Shown here in pieces: positions 24,032 to 40,537 of a stretch of DNA of 64,000 nt. Where the stretch lies: the NCBI GenBank assembly GCA_964016885.1, contig CAXHJY010001471.1, positions 34,177-98,176 on the forward strand, given 5' to 3'. A program made the translations under genes and the position numbers. The notes under the pieces are model-generated. The model was given only the letters and a program-made list of their open reading frames with translations, ran no database searches and was not told where the DNA came from. This stretch comes from Eledone cirrhosa (lineage: Eukaryota). Within the stretch, counting starts at the first letter, position 1. The number at the start of each line of letters is the position of its first letter.

Positions 24032-25299
24032 CATATATATGTTTGCATGGATGAATACACTAAGCTTTAGATTTAGTAGTATGTACAACCAGTGGTTCCA
24101 GCTATTTGCGCTATCTTATATTGTGGTTGCTATTAATTCCCTGGGGAATTGGTTGACCAAATGCTTTGCTTAATTGTTTTGTTGTTTTTTTTAATGTTAT
24201 TCTTTCTCTTAGACTTCAGTTATTTTTTGAAAGCAAAGCATTGGCCCCTAAAATACTACAGTGGGCCCTGCAATGCTACCGTGGGCTCCTGCAATGCTAC
24301 CGTGGGCCCCCTGGGGATTACTTGCCATTGGGCAATCTGGCAATCTGGCAACATGGCCATCCGCACCTGTGTATGTATGTATATTTGTATGAATGCAAGT
24401 ATGTATGTAAGTATGTATGTATGTAATTATATATGTATGTATGCATGCATGTATTTATGTGTACATGTATGTAAGCATTAATGTTCGCATGATGCATGCG
24501 TGTACTTGTAACTTCTGGTGGAGACGTCAAGGCACATTGTGCCCTCTACAGCATGTTTGGGCATTATATGTCTGGAGGTGACTACCCAGTCTCCAGGTCT
24601 GAACAAGGCCGATTTCTTACCGAAAAGGAGAAAGCTGGATAGAAATGATAGAATGATAGAAATGAGGAGATATAGAGAAAGAATCGACCCAGTATTGGAC
24701 TGGTGCTATTTTTATCCAACCCAGATGGATGACAGTTAGAGATGAGCTCAGCAGATTTTGATCACAGCACGCAATGAGCCGGAACGAATATCTGACTCTG
24801 CCAATTTGCTGCCAATATAAATATATATAGTACTAATAAACGTGAGACAATGTATTTGACCATACCACTTGTATCCGATACTTTCCCGTGTTTCTAAATC
24901 AAATACAAATATGACCGTGTGCCAAATGAAATAGAATAAGCAATGATATACTGAAATGGATTCCATCGTCTATATTCGGATAAGTATTGGCCTTCTGCTT
25001 AAGTGTCATACAGTTTTATAGTTTTATATATGCTTATAAATAGTTTGGCTAATGATGTTAAACTGCCGACAGTTTGAAGGCCGTGTGTCGGAACTGAGAG
25101 TTTATACTTTCTTTTTTAATGAATACCTTGCTGACACAAGAATGATCAGAATATAATACTTAATATTGAATCCTTCAACTCAATGCTCCGATTGTGAATT
25201 ATAAACGCATCTATATAAGAATAATGCAACATTTATGTTTCGGTTACTTGTCTTTTTTCGGAAGTCAGTTGAGAAATGAAATATGGAATAGAAAGATAT

Positions 25300-26056
25300 A
25301 GTTTGTATGGCGTTTTAACTTATGTTTAGCTCTGGTTTTTTAACTATAGAGCGCTTCCCAGCATAACTCTGATTTTGCGTTTCGTTTCGCTTTTTCTACC
25401 CGCCGAAATGCGATTCTCGCTGAATTCATATTTGTATAAATCTCCCGAGTCTTACAATTAACCTGTTAATAATTCTATTGACAGATTAATAGCATAAGTT
25501 TATTTTAAAACTACCCGGTTGAGTGCTTATTCGATTTGTACTATTTATGCAATTTTTTGCATGATTTACACATACTGAATTCATTTGCCAAAATCTGGGG
25601 TTTTTCCCTTGTGATCTACGCATGTGCTTTTACAAAGCTCTGCGTCATTCACAAAGTTGGCGCAGAACAAAATACCTGTTGATAACGTGATATTCATTGT
25701 TCGATCATTATACCAAAAGCTTATAGTTTTAAGCAGACAGTATTATTGATTTAGGTGTCATAGAAACCCTGCATTTGGATTTTGCCATCAATTCCAATGG
25801 GTCCAGGTCGGTTTTATATGTGTATATGTATATATATATATATATATATGATTTTATCATTTATTTTGTTTGACCTGTTTAGCTTGACTTCTTTTTTGGC
25901 TTAGGTGGTTAATGCCTTCTTGACCACTTTTTCAGTTTGTATGGTGTTTTAACTTATGTTTAGCTCTGGTTTTTAACTATAGAGCGTTTACCAGCATAAC
26001 TCTGATTTTGCGTTTCGTTTCGCTTTTTCTACCCGCCGAAATGCGATTCTCGCTGA

Positions 26057-26060
<4 letters not shown>
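25300..26060. repeat. ~130-bp direct repeat pair (about 25300-25428 and 25934-26060)
   Basis: TTTAACTTATGTTTAGCTCTGG...GCGATTCTCGCTGAATT occurs twice. Confidence 0.8.
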
Positions 26061-26107
<47 letters not shown>

Positions 26108-26640
26108 AGACAAACCACAACAGAAACACAAACCCTCCATCTCAATTTTACTTTTGAACATTTCAAGAACTCTGAAAGTAAATAAATAAATATCCTTAAA
26201 AGATTCCAGTTGCATTTTCAAATTCTTTTCCTTTTATATGTATATAGAGACCAATAAAATATGCACACTCCACTTTTCCCTTCCGAGTTCTGTATACACA
26301 CGCACACCCTTATATTAACATACTTTTGCTCATAGCTTCGTACTTACAAGCACACACACACACACCCTTTTACTTACATATATTGACACATATCTTCTTA
26401 GCTTCGTACAGACGTATAATAACACACACGTGCGTATGGCTCTCTATACAAAATGTTTTTTTTTTCCAGGTAGACGCGCTCCATCATCCACTTTTCTAAA
26501 AGAATAAATCATACACAAAACGCCAGCATCAACAGTTTTCCAAGAGATGTCAACATGAATGGACCTGTTATTTTTATCTAAAGACATTTTTTCGAATTCC
26601 ACCTCGCCCGTCCCTTCAATCTATCTTATTTCTCATTCTT

Positions 26641-26676
26641 TCTTCTGATGAAGGACTAGCGTCCGAAAGGTTAAGA
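26641..26676 (+). ncRNA. Ultra-minimal Penelope-type HHR motif
   Basis: ucuu CUGAUGA a ggac-uagc-gucc GAAA gg UU aaga. Confidence 0.6.
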
Positions 26677-27030
26677 CCCTCTTCCTGCTATTCCAAGCGT
26701 TAACCTATAATATCCCTTCCATATACTGTACCGATTGTGTTATTATTTCTGTTTACCTATTACATACTTACATATATATATATGTGTGTGAGTGTGTGTG
26801 TACAAATGTGTATACATGCATTAGTGTGTGTGTCTGTACATACATATTAATACACCCTCCATTGCCTTTAACAACCCATGTCTTTATGTCTCTTCTACTT
26901 TATCTTTCACCTTGAACTCCTTTGCTCATCTTCAAAATCTAAATTTATCAATTTTCTCTCTTTGTATTTTTTTATTATCTCTCTATTACACTCATACGTT
27001 TATGTGTGTATGTATATATGTATGTATGTA

Positions 27031-27590
27031 TGTCTCATGGCCGGGTCGTTGGCGACTAAACTGGCAACCCCACCAAGGTTTCTTGGTGAGGAGGGTGACT
27101 TTGGACATCCTGCAGGACTAAAAACAAAACCTGTCAAAGGGCAAAGGAGCTCTTAAGAGTCAATGGCCATCCAAAATCACCGGGAGAGATGACCACTTAG
27201 CCTTTGACAAGGCAGAATTCTAGGAGAAGGAAAACTCTGATATAACACCTGCAACCCTGATGGTATCCAATGATGTTGACTTGTTCTTCTTTTTGGTAAA
27301 TATCATCTTGGTTAAGAGAGTGGGACTGGCTTTGTGCAGTGCCTTTGCTCACTATAAAAGCTTCACGGCACAGGCATTGCTTTATATCTGGAGATCTCTA
27401 TGCACTTGTCATCACATGGTACCATGGGCCCAGCACTATGTGTCAATAATTGTCACAAGTGTAGTGTTTGTACCAGAGTTTTCAAGTCGCTGGCTGGACT
27501 CAAAAGTCACACTCATTCAGCGCATCGGTAGGGGTTCTCATACATAGATATAAAGTAGTGGCCGTACTCGAAAACGAGTTGGCAGCCACC
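27031..27590 (+). mobile_element. Non-autonomous RTE-like retroposon with (ATGT)n tail
   Basis: CTAGGAGAAGGAAAACTCTGA motif typical of RTE 5'UTRs; ends GGCAGCCACC(ATGT)n; multiple copies in the window. Confidence 0.65.
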
Positions 27591-27757
27591 ATGTATGTAT
27601 ATATGTATGTCTGTATGTATGTATATATGTTTGAATGTGAGTATATATGTCTGTATGTGTGGTATTTATACTATGGTGTATTTATAAATGGTAGGTATCG
27701 GTATGGTATGTATATATATATATTATATATATATATATGTATGTATATATAAATATT

Positions 27758-27846
<89 letters not shown>

Positions 27847-28005
27847 GTATATGTGTGTGTGTGTGTGTGTATTCATCTATATATATATATTCATTTATTT
27901 ATTTATTTATACACACATATATCTATATATATATATATATACAGACATTTATATGTGTGGATGTGCATGTGTATATTTCTATATATATGTATGTGTGTAT
28001 GTTCA

Positions 28006-28101
<96 letters not shown>

Positions 28102-28173
28102 GAGAGAGATGAACATACACACACACATACATATATATAGAAATATACACATGCACATCCACACATATAAATG

Positions 28174-28209
<36 letters not shown>

Positions 28210-28589
28210 TAGATAGATGAACATACACATACACACACATACATATACACACACATTTATATGAGTGTATGTGTATGTGTATATTCCCGTTTGATTTAAT
28301 CCCGTGTTGCATGCAAATAATTATATATATGTGTGCGTGTGCGTGTGTGTGGTTGTGTGTAAATGTGTGTGTGTGTGTGTGTGTGAGTGTGTGTGTGGGG
28401 AGGCATAATGGTATATGTGTATTTATGTGTATGGAGTATGTTCGAATATTGCTTTATGAGGAAAGAAGCACACAACAGATGTTGGGGGGTTTGGTCTTTT
28501 TTACACTGGATTTTCTTTCTAGCTACTCGAGGACTTTAATGACGAGCGAAGTATAAAGAAATACACACGTACATACTAAAACACACACA

Positions 28590-29329
28590 CCACACATACA
28601 TATATACATACATACATACATACACACGTACATACATACATACATGCATACATAAATACGTACATACATACGTACATACATACGTACATTCATACATACA
28701 TATATACATACATATATACATACATTCATACATTCATACATACATGCATGCATGCATACATACATACATACATACATGCATACATACACACGTACATACA
28801 TACATACATGCATGCATGCATGCATGCATACATACATACGTACATACATACATACATGCATGCATGCATACATACATACATTCATACATACATACATACA
28901 TACATACATACATACATACACATGTACATACATACATACACACATACATACATACATACATGCATGCATACATACATACATACATACATGCATACATACA
29001 CACGTACATACATACATACATACATACATGCATGCATGCATGCATGCATGCATACATACATACGTACATACATACATACATACATACATGCATACATACA
29101 TACGTACATACATACATACATGCATGCATGCATACATACATACATTCATACATACATACATACATACATACATACATACATACATACATACATACATACA
29201 TACACACGTACATACATACATGCATACATACACACGTACATACATACATACATGCATGCATACATACATACATACATACATACATACATACATACATACA
29301 TACATACATACATACATGCATACATACAT
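28590..29329. repeat. Long imperfect (ATAC)n tract
   Basis: Direct observation; abuts the 3' end of an RTE-like copy. Confidence 0.95.
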
Positions 29330-29647
29330 GGTGGCTGCCAACTCGTTTTCGAGTACGGCCACTACTTTATATCCATGTAGGAGAACCCCTACCGATGCGC
29401 TGAACGAGTGTGACTTTTTAGTCCAGCCAGCGACTTGAAAACTCTGGTACAAACACTACACCTGACAATTATTGACACATAGTGCTGGGCCCATTGTACC
29501 ATGTGACGACAAGTGCAGAGAGATCTCAAGATATAAAGCAATGCCTGTGCCGTGAAGCTTTTATAGTGAGCAAAGGCACTGCACAAAGCCAGTCCCACTC
29601 TCTTAACCAAGATGATATTTACCAAAAAGAAGAACAAGTCAACATCA
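29330..29647 (-). mobile_element. 5'-truncated copy of the RTE-like retroposon
   Basis: Reverse complement of about 27270-27590. Confidence 0.85.
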
Positions 29648-30086
29648 TACATACATACATACATACATACATACATACATACATACATACATACATACAT
29701 ACATGCATGCATACATACATACATACATGATGGCTGCAAGTCGATTTCGAGTAAGGCCATTGCGTGATAATTAAGCATGAGCATCACAGACGTGGCTTTT
29801 AGTTCTGCTAGGCACTTGCCTATGGCCAGCAATACCATGCATCGCAAAAACCTGTCACATATCAATCAAAGCCGATGCTTGAAGCTGTTTTAAATTAGGA
29901 AAGGCTTTGCACGAGGCCAATCCCAAGCTCTGAACATCAAATGTATTTGCTCAAAAAGAACTCGTCTATATAATTGGATGCAAATAAAGTCGCCGGTTTT
30001 ATATCAGAGTGACCTTCTCCTAGAGAGATGTCTTAATGAAGACTAGGAGTCTCTCGCTCCACAAAAATATACATACATACGAACAT

Positions 30087-30648
30087 GGTGGCTGCCAACT
30101 CGTTTTCGAGTACGGCCACTACTTTATATCCATGTAGGAGAACCCCTACGGATGCGCTGAACGAGTGTGACTTTTTAGTCCAGCCAGCCACTTGAAAACT
30201 CTGGTACAAACACTACACTTGTGACAAATATTGACACATAGTGCTGGGCCCATGGTACCATGTAACGACAAGTGCAGAGAGATCTCCAGATATAAAGAAA
30301 TGCCTGTGCCGTGAAGCTTTTATAGTGAGCAAAGGCACTGCACAAAGCCAGTCCCACTCTCTTAACCAAGATGATATTTACCAAAAAGAAGAACAATTCA
30401 ACATCATTGGATACGATCAGGGTTATATCAGAGTTTTCCTTCTCCTAGAATTCTGCCTTGACAAAGGCTAAGGGGTCATCTCTCCCAGTGATTTTGGATG
30501 GCCATTGACTCTTAAGAGCTCCTTTGCCCTTTGACAAGTTTTGTTTTTAGTCCTGCAGGATGTCCAAAGTCACCCTCCTCACCAAGAAGCCTTGGTGGGG
30601 CTGCTGTTTAGTCGCCAACGACCCGACTATTAGACGGGTCGTTGGCGA
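30087..30648 (-). mobile_element. RTE-like retroposon copy with a short 5' inversion
   Basis: Near-identical to the other copies; hairpin GTCGCCAACGACCCG...CGGGTCGTTGGCGAC at the 5' end. Confidence 0.85.
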
Positions 30649-30751
30649 CATACATACATACATACATACATACATACATACATACATACATACATACATA
30701 CATTCATACATACATACATACATACATACATACATACATACATACATACAT

Positions 30752-31359
30752 GGTGGCTGCCAACTCGTTTTCGAGTACGGCCACTACTTTATATCCATGT
30801 AGGAGAACCCCTACCGATGCGCTGAACGAGTGTGACTTTTTAGTCCAGCCAGCGACTTGAAAACTCTGGTACAAACACTACACTTGTGACAATTATTGAC
30901 ACATAGTGCTTTACCTTTGGTACCATGTGACGACAAGTGCAGAGAGATCTCCAGATACAAAGCAATGCCTGTGCCATGAAGCTTTTATAGTGAGCAAAGG
31001 CACTGCACAAAGCCAGTCCCACTCTCTTAACCAAGATGATATTTACCAAAAAGAAGAACAAGTCAACATCATTGGATACCATCAGGGTTGCAGGTGTTAT
31101 ATCAGAGTTTTCCTTCTCCTAGAATTCTGCCTTGACAAAGGCTAAGGGGTCATCTCTCCCAGTGATTTTGGATGGCCATTGACTCTTAAGAGCTCCTTTG
31201 CCCTTTGACAGGTTTTGTTTTTAGTCCTGCAGGATGTCCAAAGTCACCCTCCTCACCAAGAAACCTTGGTGGGGTTGCCAGTTTAGTCGCCAACGACCCG
31301 ACCATGAGACAGGTTGTACTGGGATACATGTTACCAGTAGCACCAAGTGGTGATCTGAC
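30752..31359 (-). mobile_element. Longest RTE-like retroposon copy, flanked by (ATAC)n on both sides
   Basis: Near-identical to 27031-27590 with additional 5' sequence. Confidence 0.85.
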
Positions 31360-31569
31360 ATACATACATACATACATACATACATACATACATACATACA
31401 TACATACATACATACATACATACATACATACATACATGCATGCATACATATACACACAAACATATGCATACATATGTTCATATATACACACATACATCCA
31501 AACATAAGAATACATACATATATATATAACCATACACACACAGACCATAGAGGGCGTAAACCATACTAA

Positions 31570-32282
31570 AAGCCTGGCATGTTGTTCCGAGAATTCTGTA
31601 ACATCCAACATTGAAGGATATTTCCATGCAATCCAGGAGCAATAAATCCCCACCAAGTACCTACTGCATAAAAGAGGAAGTTCATCAGTTGACAGTAAAT
31701 GTTGGCTGTGCAAAACAAATCTGAATATGTTAGCCATATTGTTGACAACTCTTAAATAATGGTTTCTGCTTTAGGTACAAGGCCAGCAATTTGGGGGAGA
31801 GGCAAGTCGATTAATACGACCCCATGACATTACTGGTGCTTTATTTTATCGATCCCGTAAAGATAAAAGGCAAAGCTAACCTCGGCGGGATTTGAACTCA
31901 GATCGTAAAAGGCCGCAACTCTATGCTGCAAAGCATGTTGTCCGACGCTCTACCGATTCGGTCAACTCTTAAAGAATGTCTCCTCGTTACCACCTCTCCA
32001 TGAGATGTGATCGCTAGAATTCCTAAAGACGAAAATAAAATAAAATAGGGAGGTATGTGTTAAGACTGACGTCTCGAAAGAATACTGGTGGAACTTAAAT
32101 ATAAAAACTGCAACGAAACTGAAGCACAATCAGTCTCATGTTGTGTGGGACCACTCATTAAAAATATGCTCTGTTGTAAAGGTCTGCTGCCCACTTGATG
32201 TCAATGTGGTAAGAAAAATGCAAGCGAAAGAGGATATCTATGGGCCATTGATGAGGAGGTTCCAGATCCAGTATCTCTCTAC
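31570..32282 (+). pseudogene. Degenerate R4/Dong-like LINE fragment (CCHC and restriction-like endonuclease), interrupted by a SINE
   Basis: Remnant motifs KCWLCK..EYVSHI, EYWWN, KHN, VVKVCCPLDVN and KEDIY. Confidence 0.6.
31757..31962 (-). mobile_element. Nin/Deu-domain SINE with 11-bp TSD CAACTCTTAAA
   Basis: TSD at 31746-31756 and 31963-31973. Confidence 0.85.
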
Positions 32283-32289
32283 ATGCTTG

Positions 32290-32442
32290 TGTGTATTGCA
32301 TGTGTGTGTATTGCATGTTTGAGTATTGCATGTGTGTGTATTGCATGTGTGTGTATTGCATGTTTTATATATTGCATGTGTGTGTATTGCATGTTTGAGT
32401 ATTGCATGTGTGTGTATTACATGTGTGTGTATTGCATGTGTA
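32290..32442. repeat. 15-bp minisatellite (GTGTATTGCATGTGT)
   Basis: About 10 imperfect units. Confidence 0.85.
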
Positions 32443-32624
32443 TGTACGAATATTGTCTTGTCTTCTGCCCCTTGTTTGCACATAAATCACTTTTACCTCT
32501 CCTCATTCTGAAAGTGTTTTTCACTCACTCTTTGTCTTCCCTCCTCTCTATCCATCTATATAACTATCTATCTCTGTAAATATCTATTCTTCTCTTCCCG
32601 CCTGTTTGTGTCTCTGTTTCTTAT

Positions 32625-32708
<84 letters not shown>

Positions 32709-33619
32709 CTCTCTCCCCTCTATCTATCTCGCACGCACGTCTTCAAATAACACTATATTCTATTCAGATGTCTCGATAATCGATCTTTATCCTAATCCTT
32801 TGTTCATTTATCGACTATTTCGTTTAATCGCCGATATCGTTGAAATTCATTTTATTTTATTTTAAATTCAATATTTTTTCTTTAATTTTTTAATTTGATA
32901 TTTATTTTAACTATGTTTTTGGTTTGGGTTTTAGTTTTATATAATACAGCTTGAAGGACAGAATTTATATCGAAAATATATTAATCGATTTTTGTTGGGC
33001 CAGCAAAGAAAATCTAAAAATAGAAATGTCAATACTTTTTTCTAAGATTTCCGATATACGTCATCATGTTTTACCAAAGTATTCTTCCAACTGTACCTTC
33101 CTGTGACAAACTTAATTAGTATTAAAATAATCCGTTCCTTACATTTGTTTGTGTTGTTGTTATGGCATATCTTAGTGTAGAAACAGCAGTGTCTATAAGC
33201 CTTTTTAGGGGCCTCTATGAGAGGGAAGAAAGAAAGGAAGAAAGATAGAAGAATGTATCCTTAAATCCGAATGTATCCTTAGAGTATGTATGCATGTATG
33301 TATGTATGCATATATGTATGTGTGTATGTATGTGTGTAGGTATGTATGTATGTTCTTCTGGTTTCATAATTTTATTAATTTTTGCCAATAGAGAGAGAGT
33401 CGGTTTCTAACAAACACAAAACCCCTTCATTGGAATTTAGACAACATGAATTAGGTAAATATATATATATGTATGGCTGCATGCGTCCGTGTGTGTACAG
33501 GTATGGATGTTATTGTATGTGTGGATGTGGATCTTTTAAGTTATATGTGTGCATGTGCATATGCTTTGTATCTGTACATGGGTACATGCAGTTATTAGAT
33601 GGAGAATTTTTGGAATGTT

Positions 33620-34070
33620 TTACATATTTTTACTATTCCATTAATGGATTGTACTTGTAATTTCCTAACTAGTTGTGGTCATTTTGATTCTGTGAAGCTC
33701 AGCTTCTCAAGATTTGTACTGAGGCTGTTACTAACATATCACAGTCCTCCAATAATCATAGGTATAAATCTGAAGGTATAGTCAGGGTGGACTATCTGCA
33801 GATTCCTTATTAGTTTTGCATAGATATTCTCCTTTTCGCTAATCTTTAATATTATATTGGCATTTACTAGGCAGCTAACTTCCACTACTGTGCATGCCTT
33901 CTTTTCCCTATCCCATATCATTTTATCTGGTCTGTTATGCTTGCATTCTATTGGAGTTTTGACTGGAATATTCCATCAGTACTCTTTCATATTATGTATG
34001 TATATGTCTTCCACATTGCTGTAACTTTTAATGCGTTTATTGTCGGGGCTATCTTTTCTAAGGATTGCAT
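33620..34070 (-). pseudogene. R4/Dong-like restriction-like endonuclease fragment
   Basis: EYWWNIP..CKHNRPDKMIWD...VEVSC...EKENIY..L...IPMIIGGL, matching the PD-(D/E)xK RLE of R2/R4-group LINEs. Confidence 0.75.
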
Positions 34071-34154
34071 TGTACATATGTATATATGTATGTATGTATG
34101 TGTATGTATATACATGTATACATATGTATATATATGCGCGGAGACATAGAAATA

Positions 34155-34470
34155 ATCGGGCTGGATACCCGATCGCGCGGTTAAACCACTGGGAGTGAAG
34201 GACCCCCTAGCCTTTGTCAGCGCATTCTTCTAGGAAAAGGCAACTCAGGAAACTGGGATAACTCCGACAATAAACCTGCAGCTCAGTAGTTACCGATGAT
34301 GTTTATCTTTCTTCTTTTCGGGTTATAGCTACTGTTGCTCAGAGAGTGGGAATGGCCCAGTGTACAGTCTTTCCTCACTTTTAAAAAAATCTTCACGCAC
34401 AAGCATTGCACGATAGAATTAATTGATAATTATGGCAAATGCCATACTCGATAACGAGGAGGCAGCCATC
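34155..34470 (+). mobile_element. Diverged relative of the RTE-like retroposon
   Basis: TAGCCTTTGTCA...CTAGGAAAAGGCAACTC...GGCAGCCATC followed by (ATGT). Confidence 0.55.
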
Positions 34471-35385
34471 ATGTATGTATTATGTAACGACTGTATGACA
34501 TCTTCACCATGGTCTGGTACTTATTTCTCACCCTGGGTGTATGAAAGACACGATTGACCTCGGCGGGATATAAACTCAAAACATTACTTTGCCATGTCGT
34601 AGCTTATTGCTTGGATTATATATATATTTATGTTATAGTCATGCGACCAGAATATTTCTTTTTACGACTAGGGTAAGCAAGTGGGATATTGCATATTTAA
34701 GATGAGACTAGTTCTTTATTTATCGAACCTGAATCTAATGACACTGCAAATTCACTACCTTATATCTATAACTATATTAGCAAATGGCTGGTTACTCGAC
34801 TTTCTTTAAAATGCAGCTCAATGTCCCTGAAATCACGCGATGTCGTTTTAAAAACGAGTTTCACATATTAGATCATGTAGTTCTAACTACATATCATTCT
34901 TCAGAGAGAAAAAGCAGATATTCAAGGTTGAAGTGCCTTTGATCATAGAGTCTAAATAACAACAACAACTATTTTCCTGGATGAAGATGTTGCTTCTGAA
35001 GAGTAACGCAAAAACAATTTTCTTCCAATATTTTCCTCAAAAGATCAAGGTTGATGAGACAATTAAAAAAAAATGTTCATAAAGAATAAACTCAATAAGA
35101 ATTTATCCGAGACACATTTTTTTTTTTTTATATTGTTTCATTTATATTTTTAGAGAGAGAGAGAAGGGAATGGGCTTGAAAAATGTTTACCAACGAAAAG
35201 AAACACAGAGAGAAAAATGGTAGATCTTTAAAATAAATGATTTCTGGACTTATTCAACATCTAGATTGCTTCACAAAACATCAATGGATAACCTGCAGAG
35301 AATACAGTAGTTTTCTAGTAATAACTGACGCTAGGTAAGGTTTTGCATTAACTAAGAATGCTATCAAATTTCTATTTGATAGTAT

Positions 35386-36135
<750 letters not shown>

Positions 36136-36376
36136 ATTGAAAACAATAAAAGAGAGAGAACAAATAACACAATGGCATTTAATGCGAAGCTCTACCGACT
36201 CTGCCAATACATCACGTAGGTGGTGGTGTTGGTGGTGGATTTGGTATAAGTAGTAGAAGTAGTGGTACTAGATATATGTGTGTTTGTGTGTGTGAGTGTG
36301 AGTTCTGGGTTAAGTAGAGGGTAACCACAGTTAGTAAGGTCCTCAATACATGAGTAGAGTGTAAACATCAGGTTTT

Positions 36377-36478
36377 ATATAGAAATGGCTTCTACAGGAC
36401 TAGAACTGCTTCATTCAAAAGAAATGATGATTTCTTTTGAATGAAACCGTTCTAATCCTGTAGAAGCCATTTCTATAT
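36377..36478. mobile_element. Palindromic mini-element of the 19.5 kb HHR family (core truncated)
   Basis: AGAAATGGCTTCTACAGGA...TCCTGTAGAAGCCATTTCT. Confidence 0.75.
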
Positions 36479-36504
36479 TAAAAATGATATATATAATTAT
36501 ATAT

Positions 36505-36673
<169 letters not shown>

Positions 36674-36724
36674 CATATATACAAAGTGTTAAAACGATCA
36701 AATTTTAGTTTAGAACACTTATTA

Positions 36725-36769
36725 GCTGACAATTGTTTCTTCCAGAGGGAAGTCTGGAATCATCGGAGC
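36725..36769 (-). ncRNA. Second HHR motif with U4C core (CCGAUGA)
   Basis: gcu CCGAUGA uuccaga-cuuccc-ucuggaa GAAA c-aauu-g UC agc. Confidence 0.7.
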
Positions 36770-37029
36770 ATAAGGAATGTCGAAAACGTGTAACTAGAAT
36801 CCTAGTCATTTAGAACATTTAGGGTACATAGTTGTTATTAGTGTCAAAGGCATCATGTAGAGATTCAGGAGTTACAAAGATGTTCCGCTTGAAATAACAC
36901 AATTACAGGCACCACTGGTTGGAAGTGTAATAGGTATAAGTAAAAGTAAAAATCACAAGCAAAATAAATGACAAGCAAAGAAAATATATATATATATATG
37001 TATGTACTCAATACATAACAAAGTATAAA

Positions 37030-37123
37030 TATTTAATATAGAAATGGCTTCTACAGGACTTCCTGATTATTTCTCCCGAATGAAACAGTTCTAGTCCTGT
37101 AGAAGCCATTTCTATATTAAATA
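37030..37123. mobile_element. Fold-back mini-element of the 19.5 kb HHR family with a mutated core (CUGAUUA)
   Basis: cuuc CUGAUUA uuucucccgaau GAAA cag-uucuaguc-cug UA gaag at 37059-37105 (+). Confidence 0.7.
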
Positions 37124-37252
37124 TATATATTTATATATGTGTTTGTGTGTGTGTGTGTGTATGTATTTATATATATATTAATATATATATGTTTATATAT
37201 ACATATAGAAAGGGAGAGAGAAATAGATAAAGATAAGTAGTTAGATAGATAG

Positions 37253-39410
<2,158 letters not shown>

Positions 39411-40537
39411 ACTAGGGCTATAACACCCCACTTGCTGACTTTGCAATGGGTAACCCCTGCTTGCCAAGGGAGACGTAAGATCTTCTTTGTATTCTTTTAT
39501 CGCTTCCTTTATTTCCTTCCTTCCCCCTCTTTCCTTAGTCCTTCTACCCCAGCTCTTCTCCTTTGTCGACGTCTTTTCTCGCCCACCCGAGGCTTCCCTT
39601 TGGCCCCTTGTAGCCTTAGTACCCCTACCCCCTCCCCTAGTCTAGGATAGATTTGGCGGACTCCGCCCTTTATAGCAGTTGGTTTAGACCCCGGATACTT
39701 GTCCCCTTTTTCCGACCGCTCCCACTATTCTCTGTGCCCTCTATATTTCTTAGTGGCACTTATGCCTTATTTTTTCGTTTCAGTATTTCTTTCTTCGCTT
39801 TTCTTTTGGGCGGGGTCGATTCTGAATTTATTCTTCCGTATTCTACCTTTACTTCGTACGAACTTTCATGTAGCTTGTTTTAGATCTTTTAGAGTTAGCA
39901 TTAGTATATATTTTTCTCGGGACTCAGAATTATTATCTCGTATTAGTTCACTTTGCTGCACTGGGTGGTGGCTGGAATTGTACCCGGGATGGAAACCTTT
40001 ATTGTCTATTTCGTGGTAGTCTCTTTAGTATTTTGGCCCCTTCTGTTGACCCGTCACCGTATCATTTACGTACTTATACCTCTTAAAAGGGTCCTCGCCT
40101 ATTTCGTCCCACCTAGTTCTTTTACTTATTTCGTTATTTCTTTATTTCTTTCTTTACTTCTTTCTTTCTTTATTTATTTATTTATTCCAGACTAACAATA
40201 GCTAGAGACCTAGGTCGTAGAATTTAATTTACTTTACTTTTTTCTTTACACTCATTTGTTTTTCTTTACACTTATTTGCTTTTCTTCACTCTCTTTCCTA
40301 TATATTTCTACCCCTCATTGTTCTACCTACCGTTCCGACTTCCTCCCCCTCCCCCTCCCTTGTATCTTCTTTGACCTCATGCCCAGCTGTAGCTGGCACT
40401 ACAAACGCTTGATTGGGGCTACTCCACCCCCTCCCCTCTTTCTCCTACTGGCTGGTTTAGCCACCATCTCCCCTACTAATTTGCAACCACAGAATTACTA
40501 CTGATTTTTGACAATCACTTTGACCATATATGGAATT

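Larger units (their letters stand above)
21795..24369. mobile_element. Possible old hAT-type DNA transposon hosting nested insertions
   Basis: Degenerate termini TAGTGGCGGACTGG / CCATCCGCACCTG, GGGCCC subterminal repeats, and an 8-bp flanking duplication TGTATGTA that lies in microsatellite context. Confidence 0.35.
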
